A stretch of DNA of 64,000 nucleotides from Candidatus Parcubacteria bacterium (lineage in GTDB: Bacteria; Patescibacteriota; Patescibacteriia; Patescibacteriales; BM507). The position numbers and the translations under genes were made by a program. Each line of letters opens with the position of its first letter. Positions within the stretch are counted from its first letter, which is position 1. The notes under the pieces were generated by a model. The model saw nothing but the letters and a program-made list of their open reading frames with translations. It was not told the origin of the DNA and made no database searches. Shown piece by piece: positions 26,729 through 36,620 of this stretch. The stretch covers positions 69,120-133,119 of the forward strand of contig PKTH01000040.1 in the NCBI GenBank assembly GCA_002869265.1. Reading direction: 5' to 3'.

Positions 26729-28837
26729 TTATTTTTTAGCCAATACTTTTTCTTTCTTCTTCTTTGTGTTTAGGGTGTAACCCATCTCTTCATCGCATTT
26801 TGGACAATATTTATGTTCACCGGCCAAATATCCATGAGTTGGACAGATAGAAAAAGTGGGTGTAATAGTAAAATATGGCAATCTATGAGTTTCGGCAATC
26901 TTCTTTACTAATTTCTTGACAGACTCTGGATTGTCTATTTTCTCTCCTATGAAGCCGTGTAGAACTGTTCCTCCGGTATACTTTGTTTGAAGGTCGTCTT
27001 GAAGTTCAAGTGCTTCAAAGATATCGTCTGTATAACCAACTGGTAGATGTGAAGAATTAGTATAATATGGATTTGCATCATCATTTTTATAGGCTTCTTC
27101 ATTGGCCACTACAATTTCTGGGAACAACTCTTTATCTTTCTTCGCGAATCTATAGGTTGCTCCTTCAGCAGGAGAGGCTTCAAGGTTGTAAAGATTGTTT
27201 GTTTCGTTTTGATAATTCATCAAGGTATCTCTCATGAAATCAAGAACCTCAGTGGCAAGCTTTTTACCTTCTTTTGTTGTAATGTCCTTTCCTAAAAAGT
27301 TTATCAAAGACTCGTTCATTCCGTTAATCCCAATAGTGTTAAAGTGGTTTTGCCAGTATGTATCAAATCTTTTTTTAATATCAACTAAGTAATATTTAGA
27401 ATATGGATATAAACCGTCATCTGTGAATCTCTCAATAACTTTTCTTTTTATTTCCAAACTTTCCTTAGCTAAATCCATTAGACGTAGTAATTGCTTTTTA
27501 TACTCCTTTTTGTCTTTAGCCAAATATCCAATTCTTGCAAGATTTATGGTTACAACACCGAGGCTTCCTGTTAGTGGGTTGGCTCCAAACAAACCTCCTC
27601 CTCTCTTTCTAAGCTCTCTATTATCGAGTCTCAGTCTACAACACATAGATCTAGCATCATCCCTATCCATGTCCGAATTAATAAAGTTTGAAAAATATGG
27701 AATTCCGTATTTTGCTGTCATTTCCCAAACTGGTTTTAATTCTTTTTTGTTCCATTCAAAATTCTTATCTACGTTATAGGTTGGGATAGGAAAAGCAAAT
27801 ACTCTTCCAGTGGCATCACCTTCAATCATTACTTCGGCATAAGCTTGATTAAACATATCCATTTCTTTTTGAAAATCACCGTAGGTCTCTTTTTTGATAT
27901 CTCCGCCAATAATCACATGTTCTTTCTTCATTTGCTTAGAAGGAGTAACGTCTAATGTAACATTTGTAAACGGAGTCTGAAAACCCACTCTAGTCGGGAC
28001 GTTGATATTGAACATGAACTCCTGAAGAGCTTGCTTAGTGTCTTTGTATGACAGTTTATCGTATCTAATAAAAGGTGCTAAATATGTATCAAAATTTGCA
28101 AATGCCTGTGCTCCAGCTGCTTCACCTTGAAGGGTATATAGAAAATTGATTATCTGGCCCAGGGCTGATCTAAAATGTTTCGGTGGTTTACTTTGAACTT
28201 TTTCACCAACCCCCCCAAAACCTTTCATTAAAATATCTTTAAGATCCCAACCGCAGCAATATGGTGCCAACATCCCTAAGTCATGAATATGAAATTCTCC
28301 TTCTGTGTGCGCCCTCCTAATCTCTTGGGGGTATAATTTATTTAACCAATACTTTGCTGAAATTGCTGATGATAAATAATTATTTAATCCTTGGACTGAG
28401 AAACTCATATTTGAGTTTTCTTTCAATCTCCAATCTGCTCTCCCCAAATAATCCTCCATCAACTTGGCTTCAACCTTCTCGTTATTAATGTCTCTTAGTT
28501 GTCTGTGCTGATCTCTATATAGTATATAAGCTTTCGCAACTTTAATCTGTTTGTTTTTAATCAATACCTCCTCAACCACATCTTGTATCTCCTCAACCGC
28601 GGGAATACTTCTCTCGTGAAATCTTTTTATAACTTCTTTAACCACTTTTTCTGTTAAAGTTTTGGCTAATTTTTTATCAGCTTCTCCAACTGCTTCAATG
28701 GCTTTATTGATAGCTTTTTCTATCTTCTTCGTATCAAATTTAACGATTTTGCCTGATCTTTTAATAATTTGTTTGATCGGCTTTGCGGCGGTTTTTTGTG
28801 GCATGGGGGTTTTTAGAAGAATTATTCGGGGACTCAA
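26729..28837 (-). CDS. nrdD: Anaerobic ribonucleoside-triphosphate reductase, main body lacking the glycyl-radical tail
   Basis: N-terminal ATP-cone (IIKRSGKIVKFDTKKIEKAI), SMCCRLRLD...GGGLFG block, and a C-terminal Zn site CPTHGY...CPKC. Ends in a Lys-rich tail and TAA with no RVxGY motif. Confidence 0.9.
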   Translation of the reverse strand: MSPRIILLKTPMPQKTAAKPIKQIIKRSGKIVKFDTKKIEKAINKAIEAVGEADKKLAKTLTEKVVKEVIKRFHERSIPAVEEIQDVVEEVLIKNKQIKVAKAYILYRDQHRQLRDINNEKVEAKLMEDYLGRADWRLKENSNMSFSVQGLNNYLSSAISAKYWLNKLYPQEIRRAHTEGEFHIHDLGMLAPYCCGWDLKDILMKGFGGVGEKVQSKPPKHFRSALGQIINFLYTLQGEAAGAQAFANFDTYLAPFIRYDKLSYKDTKQALQEFMFNINVPTRVGFQTPFTNVTLDVTPSKQMKKEHVIIGGDIKKETYGDFQKEMDMFNQAYAEVMIEGDATGRVFAFPIPTYNVDKNFEWNKKELKPVWEMTAKYGIPYFSNFINSDMDRDDARSMCCRLRLDNRELRKRGGGLFGANPLTGSLGVVTINLARIGYLAKDKKEYKKQLLRLMDLAKESLEIKRKVIERFTDDGLYPYSKYYLVDIKKRFDTYWQNHFNTIGINGMNESLINFLGKDITTKEGKKLATEVLDFMRDTLMNYQNETNNLYNLEASPAEGATYRFAKKDKELFPEIVVANEEAYKNDDANPYYTNSSHLPVGYTDDIFEALELQDDLQTKYTGGTVLHGFIGEKIDNPESVKKLVKKIAETHRLPYFTITPTFSICPTHGYLAGEHKYCPKCDEEMGYTLNTKKKKEKVLAKK

Positions 28838-28855
28838 CCTTATAATTCTCTCCTT

Positions 28856-29341
28856 TTACTTTTTATTGTTTAATGTTTTTTTAGGTTTTTTCTTTTCGAA
28901 GAGTTTGTTTAACTCTTTTTTGAATGTTGTTACATCTTCAAATGCCTGATAGACACTAGCGAATCTTATATAAGCTACCTTATCTATTTTTTTCAGTTGA
29001 TTCATTATGATTTGCCCAACCTCGTCCGAACTCACTTCATTTTTCCTTAGCTTCTGTATATCTCTTTCAATCAAATGGATTAATTGTTTAAATTTATCGT
29101 CTGATACTGATCTTTTTTCTAAAGACTTCTTTAACCCTTTAACTATTTTTTCTCTACTGTAATTTTCTTTTTTGTCATCTCTTTTTACAACGGTTAGATC
29201 CAAAATTTCGATCTCTTCGAAGGTAGAAAATCTAAAACAACACTTAAGACATTCTCTTCTCCTCCTAATAGACAAACCGTCACTTGCAACCCTCGAATCT
29301 ACAACCTTTGTGTCTTGAAAATAACAGACTGGACATTTCAT
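28856..29341 (-). CDS. nrdR: Transcriptional repressor NrdR
   Basis: Zn-ribbon MKCPVCYFQDTKVVDSR...CLKCCFRFSTFE followed by an ATP-cone. Confidence 0.92.
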   Translation of the reverse strand: MKCPVCYFQDTKVVDSRVASDGLSIRRRRECLKCCFRFSTFEEIEILDLTVVKRDDKKENYSREKIVKGLKKSLEKRSVSDDKFKQLIHLIERDIQKLRKNEVSSDEVGQIIMNQLKKIDKVAYIRFASVYQAFEDVTTFKKELNKLFEKKKPKKTLNNKK

Positions 29342-29423
29342 ATTTTTTGCTTATTCCTATAAAAAACTCCCTAAAAATGAGGCTTGGGGAGCTTAAATAG
29401 ATGTAAATCAGCTATTAGGACTT

Positions 29424-29471
29424 AATCTATATATAGTATATCTACTATCTTCTTCATACTATATATTGTGT
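29424..29471 (-). promoter_or_regulatory. Tandem NrdR boxes
   Basis: Minus strand ACACAATATATAGTAT (29471..29456) and ATACTATATATAGATT (29439..29424). The centres are 32 bp apart, and the boxes lie upstream of nrdR-nrdD-nrdG. Confidence 0.65.
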
Positions 29472-29604
29472 TATATCTATATTATATCACGCCCAAATTT
29501 AGTGTCAATAATCGATCACTTATCTAATTTTAGAGTATTCATGGGGCTAAAAAATTAAAGTTAAATTAAAGAGAAAATTTTAAATATTTTTTTAGCAAAA
29601 ACCC

Positions 29605-29631
29605 TGTGGATAAGTCAAAAATTGGGGATAA
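29605..29631 (-). promoter_or_regulatory. Two DnaA-box-like 9-mers
   Basis: The reverse complement of 29605..29613 is TTATCCACA (perfect consensus). The reverse complement of 29623..29631 is TTATCCCCA (1 mismatch). Both have the same orientation, 18 bp apart. Confidence 0.4.
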
Positions 29632-29666
29632 GTGTCTTTCGTTTTCATGTTTTCAAGAATAAAAAA

Positions 29667-29687
29667 AGGATTATAATATATAATCCT
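29667..29687. terminator. Bidirectional terminator after ftsZ
   Basis: AGGATTATA-ATA-TATAATCCT hairpin flanked by A7 and T6. Confidence 0.65.
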
Positions 29688-29710
29688 TTTTTAAAATATA
29701 TTCAATATTT

Positions 29711-30901
29711 TTACATCATCTTTTTTCGAATAAAGGCAGGAATTCCGATCTCCTCATCTTCTTCGTCTGTTTCTGTCTGCATTCCAGTATCTTTTTTTGC
29801 TGGCTCTTGTTGTGCTTCTTTAAGTGGTGATGTTTTAGTCTTCTTTTCCTCTGGCTTGTCTTTAGCTTTGTCGTCCTGGTCATCTGCCAAGAAAGAGCTT
29901 GGAGTATATCCTCTTTCAATAGAGCCCAGTTCACTCTTCCCTCCAACTTTTCCGTCAAAACCAGTTGCCACAACAGTTATCTTAACCTCATCTTTCATTT
30001 TTTCATCAACCACCGTACCAAATATAATCTTGGCATCTTCGTCAGCTGAAGCTGTAATAACCTTTGATGCTTCACTTACTTCAACCATCCCCAGTGAAGT
30101 TCCACCGGTAATAGTAAATAATATTCCTCTTGCTCCTTCGATTGACATTTCAAGTAAGGGTGAATTTATAGCCGCTTTAGCTGCTTCTAGAGCTTTATTC
30201 TCTCCACTAGCCTGGCCGATTCCCATTAGGGCTGACCCAGCATTGGCCATAACTGCTTTCACGTCTGCAAAATCAACGTTAATCAGACCGGGTACTGTAA
30301 TTAGTTCAGCAATACCCTGAACCCCTTGTCTTAGAACTTCATCAACTATTTGAAAAGCATCGAGTAGTGATGTTTTCTTATCAATACTTTGCAAAAGTTT
30401 ATCATTTGGAATTGTAATAATGGTATCAACTTTATCTGAAAGCTCTGTTAAGCCTCTGTCAGCCAAGTTTTTCCTTTGCTGTCCTTCAAAAGAAAATGGC
30501 TTTGTAACAACAGAAACGGTCAAAGCACCTAGATCTCTAGCTATTTCAGCTACTACCGGAGAGGCTCCTGTGCCAGTTCCACCACCAAGTCCACAAGTTA
30601 CAAAAACCATGTCAGCGTCTTTTAGGGCATCTCTAATCTCGTTTTGAGATTCCTCTGCCGCTTGCATCCCTAACTCTGGGTTCATTCCGGCCCCTAAACC
30701 TCTTGTGATTGCCTTTCCTATGTGAATTTTTGTGTTTGCCTTATTGTAATGCAAGGCCTGAACATCTGTATTTACTGCAATAAACTCAACTCCTTTTACG
30801 CCAGCGTCAATCATTCTATCGATTGCGGTTCCTCCTCCGCCTCCTACGCCAACTACTTTAATTTTAGCAAAAGTTTCAATTGCTGGTTTTACTTCAGCCA
30901 T
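29711..30901 (-). CDS. ftsZ: Cell division GTPase FtsZ
   Basis: GGGTGTG signature ([15 protein letters not shown]), NTD/T7 region, and the C-terminal FtsA-binding peptide [11 protein letters not shown]. Confidence 0.95.
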   Translation of the reverse strand: MAEVKPAIETFAKIKVVGVGGGGGTAIDRMIDAGVKGVEFIAVNTDVQALHYNKANTKIHIGKAITRGLGAGMNPELGMQAAEESQNEIRDALKDADMVFVTCGLGGGTGTGASPVVAEIARDLGALTVSVVTKPFSFEGQQRKNLADRGLTELSDKVDTIITIPNDKLLQSIDKKTSLLDAFQIVDEVLRQGVQGIAELITVPGLINVDFADVKAVMANAGSALMGIGQASGENKALEAAKAAINSPLLEMSIEGARGILFTITGGTSLGMVEVSEASKVITASADEDAKIIFGTVVDEKMKDEVKITVVATGFDGKVGGKSELGSIERGYTPSSFLADDQDDKAKDKPEEKKTKTSPLKEAQQEPAKKDTGMQTETDEEDEEIGIPAFIRKKMM

Positions 30902-30964
30902 ATATAGATTTTAATTAAATTTAGTTTATATAATCTTAATATAATGCTTCAAAATTAGCAAGCA

Positions 30965-32224
30965 TTATGGTTTAAACTTTGAAAAAACGTCTTTAACGTT
31001 ATTTAAGACATTATTAAATGTTTTTTTGATTGCAACCCCATGAGAACTGTTTTCATCCATAAATTGATCTCCCCAGGCAACAAGACCAAGAGCTGTTAGG
31101 TAGTTTTGGTCATTTACCTTTTCAATAACTGCTGAAATACTTCTGTTAACACCGATACAGGCAGGCAGTCTAAGTTGTTTTTTTGCAACCTCGACTATGT
31201 CCTGGAGTTTTGTCCCAGCACCAACTAAAAAAGCCCCAGCCGGAAGCATTCCTGACCTATCGATTTTTTTCAATTCATTATCAACCTTTTGAAATATCTC
31301 TTCTACTCTTGCTTCTATTATTTCTGCAATATATTTTCTTGATACTTTCCTTGAATCGTCTTCTGAATTTTCTTCTTTTGCTAACTCACTAATATCAACC
31401 TCATCTTTTTTAGAAAATTTATCTGGATTAGCACTGCCGTATTCTAGCTTTATTCTTTCAGCCAAATTTATAGGACAACGTAGACCAATTGCGACATCGG
31501 CGGTGATATGTTCAGAGCCTATTGGCAGTATCGCTGTGTGCAATAGTTCTCCTTCTTCAAAAACCGCTAAACTAGTTGTTGATGATCCAATATTTATTAA
31601 AACCGCTCCTAATTCTTTTTGTTTAGAATCAACTACGGCCTCCGCTGCTGCCAATGGTGATAGCACCAAGTCTTCTATCCCAAGACCAGTCCTGTAAATT
31701 GCTTTGGTTAGATTGTTAATTTGAGATGTTAACCCTTGAATAATTAAAGCTTCAACCTCAAGTCTTACGCCAACCATTCCAATAGGGTCTTTAATATCTT
31801 CCTGATTGTCAACAATGTATTTTACAGGAATAACATGGAGTATTTCATAGTTAGGAGGAACTGACAGAGCACGAGCGGCCTCTATAGCTCTTTCAACATC
31901 ATCACGCCCTATTTCGTTATCACTTTTACTTACCGCAACCACACCCTTACTTCTCTCACTCTTAATATGCGGACCATTAATACCGACCCAGACACTTGAT
32001 ATAGGGACGCCAACAAGTCTTTCAGCTTTTTCCAGACAAGCAGAAATAGAAGATGTAACATCCTCTATACTATTAACAGAGCCTTTGTTTATTCCCTCTG
32101 AGGGGGTTGAAACTGCCCCTATTATTTGGATCTTATCCCTTCGCTCTCCCTCGACCCTCTGACCGACTACAAGTCTAATTTCAGTAGAGCCAATATCTAA
32201 GCCAGCAATTATATCATCCTTCAT
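30965..32224 (-). CDS. ftsA: Cell division protein FtsA (actin-like ATPase)
   Basis: DIGSTEIRLVVG phosphate-1 motif, INIGSSTTSLAVF, and an FtsA-type 1C insert. Lies upstream of ftsZ. Confidence 0.9.
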   Translation of the reverse strand: MKDDIIAGLDIGSTEIRLVVGQRVEGERRDKIQIIGAVSTPSEGINKGSVNSIEDVTSSISACLEKAERLVGVPISSVWVGINGPHIKSERSKGVVAVSKSDNEIGRDDVERAIEAARALSVPPNYEILHVIPVKYIVDNQEDIKDPIGMVGVRLEVEALIIQGLTSQINNLTKAIYRTGLGIEDLVLSPLAAAEAVVDSKQKELGAVLINIGSSTTSLAVFEEGELLHTAILPIGSEHITADVAIGLRCPINLAERIKLEYGSANPDKFSKKDEVDISELAKEENSEDDSRKVSRKYIAEIIEARVEEIFQKVDNELKKIDRSGMLPAGAFLVGAGTKLQDIVEVAKKQLRLPACIGVNRSISAVIEKVNDQNYLTALGLVAWGDQFMDENSSHGVAIKKTFNNVLNNVKDVFSKFKP

Positions 32225-32328
32225 AAATAAAAATTATGTATAAATTTTTTATACATATTAAGTTATATATAATATTATACTAAAAATTAAAAAATAAAAC
32301 AATAGATTTTAGCCAATAAAAGTGAAAT

Positions 32329-32694
32329 TTAAAAAAGACCTAGCAAATAAGGCCAAAAAATTGAAATACCTATGATTAGCGAAATTATCGAAGACAGCAT
32401 GACAGCGGCAGCTGTAATATCTTTTATTTCTTTAACGTAATTATTGATTCTGGGACGAAGAACATCGGCCACTCTTTCAACTGCACTGTTTATGGTTTCG
32501 ATTAAAAAAACTAAACCAATCGAAAAAACGATTAACAAAAACTCTATTTTATCTATTTTAAAATATACAGATAATATTAAAGCCAGCACCCCTATAAATC
32601 CTTGAATCTGCAGATTTTGTTCTTCTTTAAATATCCTAACTAAACCACTTATTGCATATTTAAAACTTTTAAACAGTCTTTTTACTCTTATCAT
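32329..32694 (-). CDS. dgkA: Diacylglycerol/undecaprenol kinase family protein
   Basis: 121 aa with 3 TM helices and the ETINSAVERVAD motif typical of DgkA. Confidence 0.8.
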   Translation of the reverse strand: MIRVKRLFKSFKYAISGLVRIFKEEQNLQIQGFIGVLALILSVYFKIDKIEFLLIVFSIGLVFLIETINSAVERVADVLRPRINNYVKEIKDITAAAVMLSSIISLIIGISIFWPYLLGLF

Positions 32695-33102
32695 CTAAAA
32701 ATTATTATTTTTTATAAACTTTTCTCCCAATTTAATCATTATTTTCTCCTCTTTCTCGGTTTTATCACTATAGCCCAACAAATGCAAGAGGCCGTGCACT
32801 AAAATAAATACCATTTCTTCTTTTACACTATTACCAAATTTCTTTGCTTGTCTTTTTATTTGTGCATAATCTATTATAAGATCACCAAAATAATCTTCTT
32901 CTCCTTCAAATGAAAGAATATCTGTTATCCTATCAATTCCTCGAAAGTTCTTATTTATATCTCTTATTTTTTTGTCACCAACAAAGACTATAGACAAACC
33001 ATAGCTAGCCCTCTTGTTCTTTAGTAGGAAAACTCCTGCTATATCCCTCGCCAGCTTGGTGTTAATTTTTGTTCTAGTTTTATTAAAGACCTCGACTGCC
33101 AT
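32695..33102 (-). CDS. ybeY: rRNA maturation endoribonuclease YbeY
   Basis: HGLLHLLGYSD metal-binding motif in a 135-aa protein. Confidence 0.88.
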   Translation of the reverse strand: MAVEVFNKTRTKINTKLARDIAGVFLLKNKRASYGLSIVFVGDKKIRDINKNFRGIDRITDILSFEGEEDYFGDLIIDYAQIKRQAKKFGNSVKEEMVFILVHGLLHLLGYSDKTEKEEKIMIKLGEKFIKNNNF

Positions 33103-33103
33103 A

Positions 33104-34153
33104 TTAATTCAATATCTTAAAAGAATTAAAGACTACTTCAAAGATATTTAAATACTGCGCTTTTTCTAGGCTAGAATAATTAAAAGCAATAACATAATCA
33201 CCTACATTATTCTTAAAGAAAATAGACCTTCTGTCTGCACTCTTTACAGCCTGCCAATCATTTTTTGAAAATATCAAATTCTCGTCAATAAGGTTCACGG
33301 CAAATTGAGCTTTATACCAATCCTCAATATTTAGTTTTTTAGAATTTGTATCAACAAATATTTGAAAAAATTCCTCATCTCCCAAGTCAAAAATTACCGC
33401 ATCCTCACTACTGGCTTGAATCTTAAAAAGAGTCGGGTAATAAAATAAATAGCTATATTTAGTGTTTTCAAATTTTTGGAAGTTTTGGCTATTAGACAGC
33501 TCTCCTTCGCCGGTCGGATTGTATCCATTTAACATCTCGGCTAAATCATTGAATCCGTCTTTGTCCGTGTCAGCAAAACCATCGCTAGTTCCTGCTAGCT
33601 GCTCCTCTTTACTTGAGAGACCATCCATATCACTATCTACAATATTTATTTCTGGGAGATCGTCCTCTATGGGCTCTGTATCTGATTCCTCTAGTAGCTC
33701 TTCTGGCTCGCCCACCTCTATTTCATCTTCGCTTATATTTTCTTCTTCCACTTCATCAGCAGGGTCTTCAGCGGACTCTTCAGGGTTACTTTGTTCATCA
33801 TTCATTTCATTCTCGTTCATTTTTTCTTCTGGCTCACTGTTTTCTAGCCCCTCTGCTACCTGAGAATTATTTTGCTTATTGTCTCTTTCTATATTGTTTG
33901 CATTTTGTGGAGACATAGCCTGTTTGTTCCCGGCAGCTACAAAATAATAATAAGCCCCAGCGAGAATTATTAATAAAAAGACAGACCCTAAAACCAAGAT
34001 AATAAAGCCCGTTTTTTTTGCATGGTCCGCATCAGAAGCGCCTGAATCACTATTTTTTGCGCTGTCCTTTGGCATAGAGTAAACTTTAACATCTTTAAAA
34101 TTATACGATGTCTCTTGAACTTGTTCTATATTTTTCTTTAATTCTTTATCCAT
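33104..34153 (-). CDS. Single-pass membrane protein: acidic linker, one TSP3-like Ca-binding repeat, unknown C-terminal domain
   Basis: TM GFIILVLGSVFLLIILAGAYYYF, an E/D-rich stretch, and DSDMDGLSSKEEQ...DTDKDGFNDLAEMLNGYNPTG. Confidence 0.55.
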   Translation of the reverse strand: MDKELKKNIEQVQETSYNFKDVKVYSMPKDSAKNSDSGASDADHAKKTGFIILVLGSVFLLIILAGAYYYFVAAGNKQAMSPQNANNIERDNKQNNSQVAEGLENSEPEEKMNENEMNDEQSNPEESAEDPADEVEEENISEDEIEVGEPEELLEESDTEPIEDDLPEINIVDSDMDGLSSKEEQLAGTSDGFADTDKDGFNDLAEMLNGYNPTGEGELSNSQNFQKFENTKYSYLFYYPTLFKIQASSEDAVIFDLGDEEFFQIFVDTNSKKLNIEDWYKAQFAVNLIDENLIFSKNDWQAVKSADRRSIFFKNNVGDYVIAFNYSSLEKAQYLNIFEVVFNSFKILN

Positions 34154-34157
34154 TTTT

Positions 34158-34928
34158 TTATTGTCCTATTTCATAAAGTTTCCCTGCCCCATTTGGATTA
34201 TAACCCGCTTGTACTTCGCTGCCGTCGGAAAAACTATCACCATCTGTGTCGGCGTTTTTAGGATTTGTTTTGTATACCTCAACCTCTTCTCTATCAAAAA
34301 GACCATCACCGTCTGTATCAATATTATCAACCCTGGTCCCGAGCTCCATTTCTCGAGCATCGCTTAGACCATCGCCGTCTGTATCTAAATTGCTCTCGCT
34401 TGGTGTAACTGTCCTTTCTTGGATTACCTCCTCTTGGACAGGTTCTGTCTTTATTTCTTGAACTTCCTCTACCTTAGCTTCAAGATCCTCTTCTTGAGAA
34501 TTTAGATCTGCCTGCTCTGTCTGCTCATAATCATTTGTAATCATTTTATCTTTTAGATACAGATCATAAGCAAAATATGCACCAACGCCGATTGCTAATA
34601 TTATAAGCAAAACAATAACAAATTTTATCAATTTTGATATAAATGATCCAGCGGCATCTTCTTGTTGAACAACTTCTCTGGGCCTATCTCCTTCAATCGG
34701 CTTAAAAGCATCTGGCTTTTCCTTGCCTTCATTTATAGAAAGGGTTGACTCAGAAGAATCTTCTGTCATTTCTTCCCCGCCACTAGAAAAAATATCTTCT
34801 ACTTCATTATTTGAAACGTTGCCTGGTTTTTTTTCTGGCATTATTGGTTTTTGCTCTGGGTTGTTTAATGATAATTTTTCTCCCTGGTCTTCTGTTGGTT
34901 TTTCATTAATATCTAGGTCGTCAAACAT
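34158..34928 (-). CDS. Single-pass membrane protein with TSP3-like repeats
   Basis: Acidic N-terminus, one TM (FVIVLLIILAIGVGAYFAY), then DTDGDGLSDAREMELGT..DTDGDGLFDREEVEVYKTNP..DTDGDSFSDGSEVQAGYNPNG. Confidence 0.6.
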   Translation of the reverse strand: MFDDLDINEKPTEDQGEKLSLNNPEQKPIMPEKKPGNVSNNEVEDIFSSGGEEMTEDSSESTLSINEGKEKPDAFKPIEGDRPREVVQQEDAAGSFISKLIKFVIVLLIILAIGVGAYFAYDLYLKDKMITNDYEQTEQADLNSQEEDLEAKVEEVQEIKTEPVQEEVIQERTVTPSESNLDTDGDGLSDAREMELGTRVDNIDTDGDGLFDREEVEVYKTNPKNADTDGDSFSDGSEVQAGYNPNGAGKLYEIGQ

Positions 34929-34946
34929 GTTTTTATTATTATTTTA

Positions 34947-36620
34947 TTATTTTTTTGGGTCAAATCCAGCTTGAACCTCCTCTCCATCCAAATATGTATC
35001 TCCATCTGTATCTGAATTTAGAGGGTCTGTGAAGTATTTGTTTAATTCATCTCCATCGGACAATGCATCACCATCAGTGTCACTTTTTATTGGGTTTAAC
35101 TTCATCTTCAATTCATATAAATTATTCAAACCATCCCCGTCCGTATCATCCGATATAGGATCAAGCCCTTTCCTGATTGACTCAAAATCTGTTACCCAAT
35201 CACCGTTTGTGTCACTTTTATAAGGGTTGGTTCCTAGTTCTAATTCTTCTTTATCACTAAGCCTGTCTCCATCAAAATCAGCGTCTCCCTCTCCTAGAGG
35301 ATTGCTTCCATTGTCTATCTCTTGTTTATCATCTACCCCATCGTCATCTGAGTCTTTTTTTAGTGGGTCAGTCAAATAAAATATTTCATCAATATCCAAA
35401 AGGCCATCGCCATCTGTATCACTCTTCCAGCCCTCCCCTAACGGGTTCATCCCGTTTATTACTTCATCTCTATCATTAACACCATCACCATCTGTGTCTT
35501 TATTGTTTGGGTCTGTCCCCCACTGAGCTTCCTCTGCGTCACTCAGTCTGTCATTATCACTATCTCCGGATATCGGATCATTGTCAACGCTATCTAACAC
35601 CCCATCTCCGTCGGTATCCGGTCTTTGGAGACTTGTCCCTAAAACATACTCCTCTTTATCGCCAAGGCCGTCTTGGTCAGTGTCAGCCTCAACTGGATTT
35701 GAGTGAATTTCAATCACCTCTTGATAATCGCTTAGGCCATCATCGTCTGAATCGGCCTTAAAAGGGTCGGTGTTCAGCCATAACTCTTTAAAGTGTGTTA
35801 AGCCATCCCCATCAGTATCAAAATCATAGTCTTTATCTTCTCTTTTTTCGAGAATCTCTAAACAAACTTTTTTATAGTTTATGTCAGGGATTTCTAAACA
35901 CTTTTTTTCTGTATCTGCTATCAAAAATAGAGCCTCGGAAAAACATTTATCTCTTCCTTCTTTGTCTACAATATCATCACAGCTTTTCCCGCTAGTCTCA
36001 GCGGCCATTATTCTACACAACCCTCCATATTCCAGTGTTTCTATATCCCCACATTCTTCGAGTTTGCCTGAGTCTTTTAGCTTAAAAGCCATTGTCCTAT
36101 CAAGACATTCTTGTTTTTCATGTGGTTCCCCATCAAAAATATCACAAAAATCAGAATACCTAGTTTCTATACTAGCCAGCTGAACACAAGCTTCTGCCTT
36201 AAAATGATCTGGAATTCTGCCACAACTTCTTACGCTATATAAATCTCTTACTCCCTGAAAAATACAATCACTTCTTAATTCATAATCATCAACCTCTAAA
36301 CATTTTTCTAGATCTTCTTCCAAAGATGATTCATTCACTATAATTTGATTATAACACCTATCTCTCTCCTCTCCATTTAGTTCATCGCAAGTCTCTTCGG
36401 TCAATGGCCTAGCGATTCTCATTACTCTGTTGCTATCATTATTTGAAACAATATATTGACTAGACGTTGCTTTTCTCTCCGGTAGAATAAGTTCTTTCTC
36501 TACGGGCTTGTCATTTTTAAAAGCATAATAAAAGAAAGAAGCCAAAAGAGCCACCAAACTTAAAACAACTGCTATTATAATTTTATTTTTAAAACTAATC
36601 ATTTTTATTGACAATAACAT
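34947..36620 (-). CDS. Membrane-anchored protein: Cys-patterned helical region plus ~13 TSP3-like Ca-binding repeats
   Basis: N-terminal TM, about 20 spaced Cys over roughly 200 aa, then a repeated D.D.DG..D..E...GT(D/N)P unit through to the C-terminus (..VQAGFDPKK). The likely start is the ATG at 36602 (MISFKNK). Confidence 0.65.
   Translation of the reverse strand: MLLSIKMISFKNKIIIAVVLSLVALLASFFYYAFKNDKPVEKELILPERKATSSQYIVSNNDSNRVMRIARPLTEETCDELNGEERDRCYNQIIVNESSLEEDLEKCLEVDDYELRSDCIFQGVRDLYSVRSCGRIPDHFKAEACVQLASIETRYSDFCDIFDGEPHEKQECLDRTMAFKLKDSGKLEECGDIETLEYGGLCRIMAAETSGKSCDDIVDKEGRDKCFSEALFLIADTEKKCLEIPDINYKKVCLEILEKREDKDYDFDTDGDGLTHFKELWLNTDPFKADSDDDGLSDYQEVIEIHSNPVEADTDQDGLGDKEEYVLGTSLQRPDTDGDGVLDSVDNDPISGDSDNDRLSDAEEAQWGTDPNNKDTDGDGVNDRDEVINGMNPLGEGWKSDTDGDGLLDIDEIFYLTDPLKKDSDDDGVDDKQEIDNGSNPLGEGDADFDGDRLSDKEELELGTNPYKSDTNGDWVTDFESIRKGLDPISDDTDGDGLNNLYELKMKLNPIKSDTDGDALSDGDELNKYFTDPLNSDTDGDTYLDGEEVQAGFDPKK

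Noticed and set aside
29622-30320. 232-aa plus-strand ORF and 85-aa minus-strand ORF overlapping ftsZ
   Set aside because: One is antisense to FtsZ and the other is in an alternative frame of it. The FtsZ frame carries the tubulin signature GGGTGTG, and the S-rich low-complexity translations are shadows.
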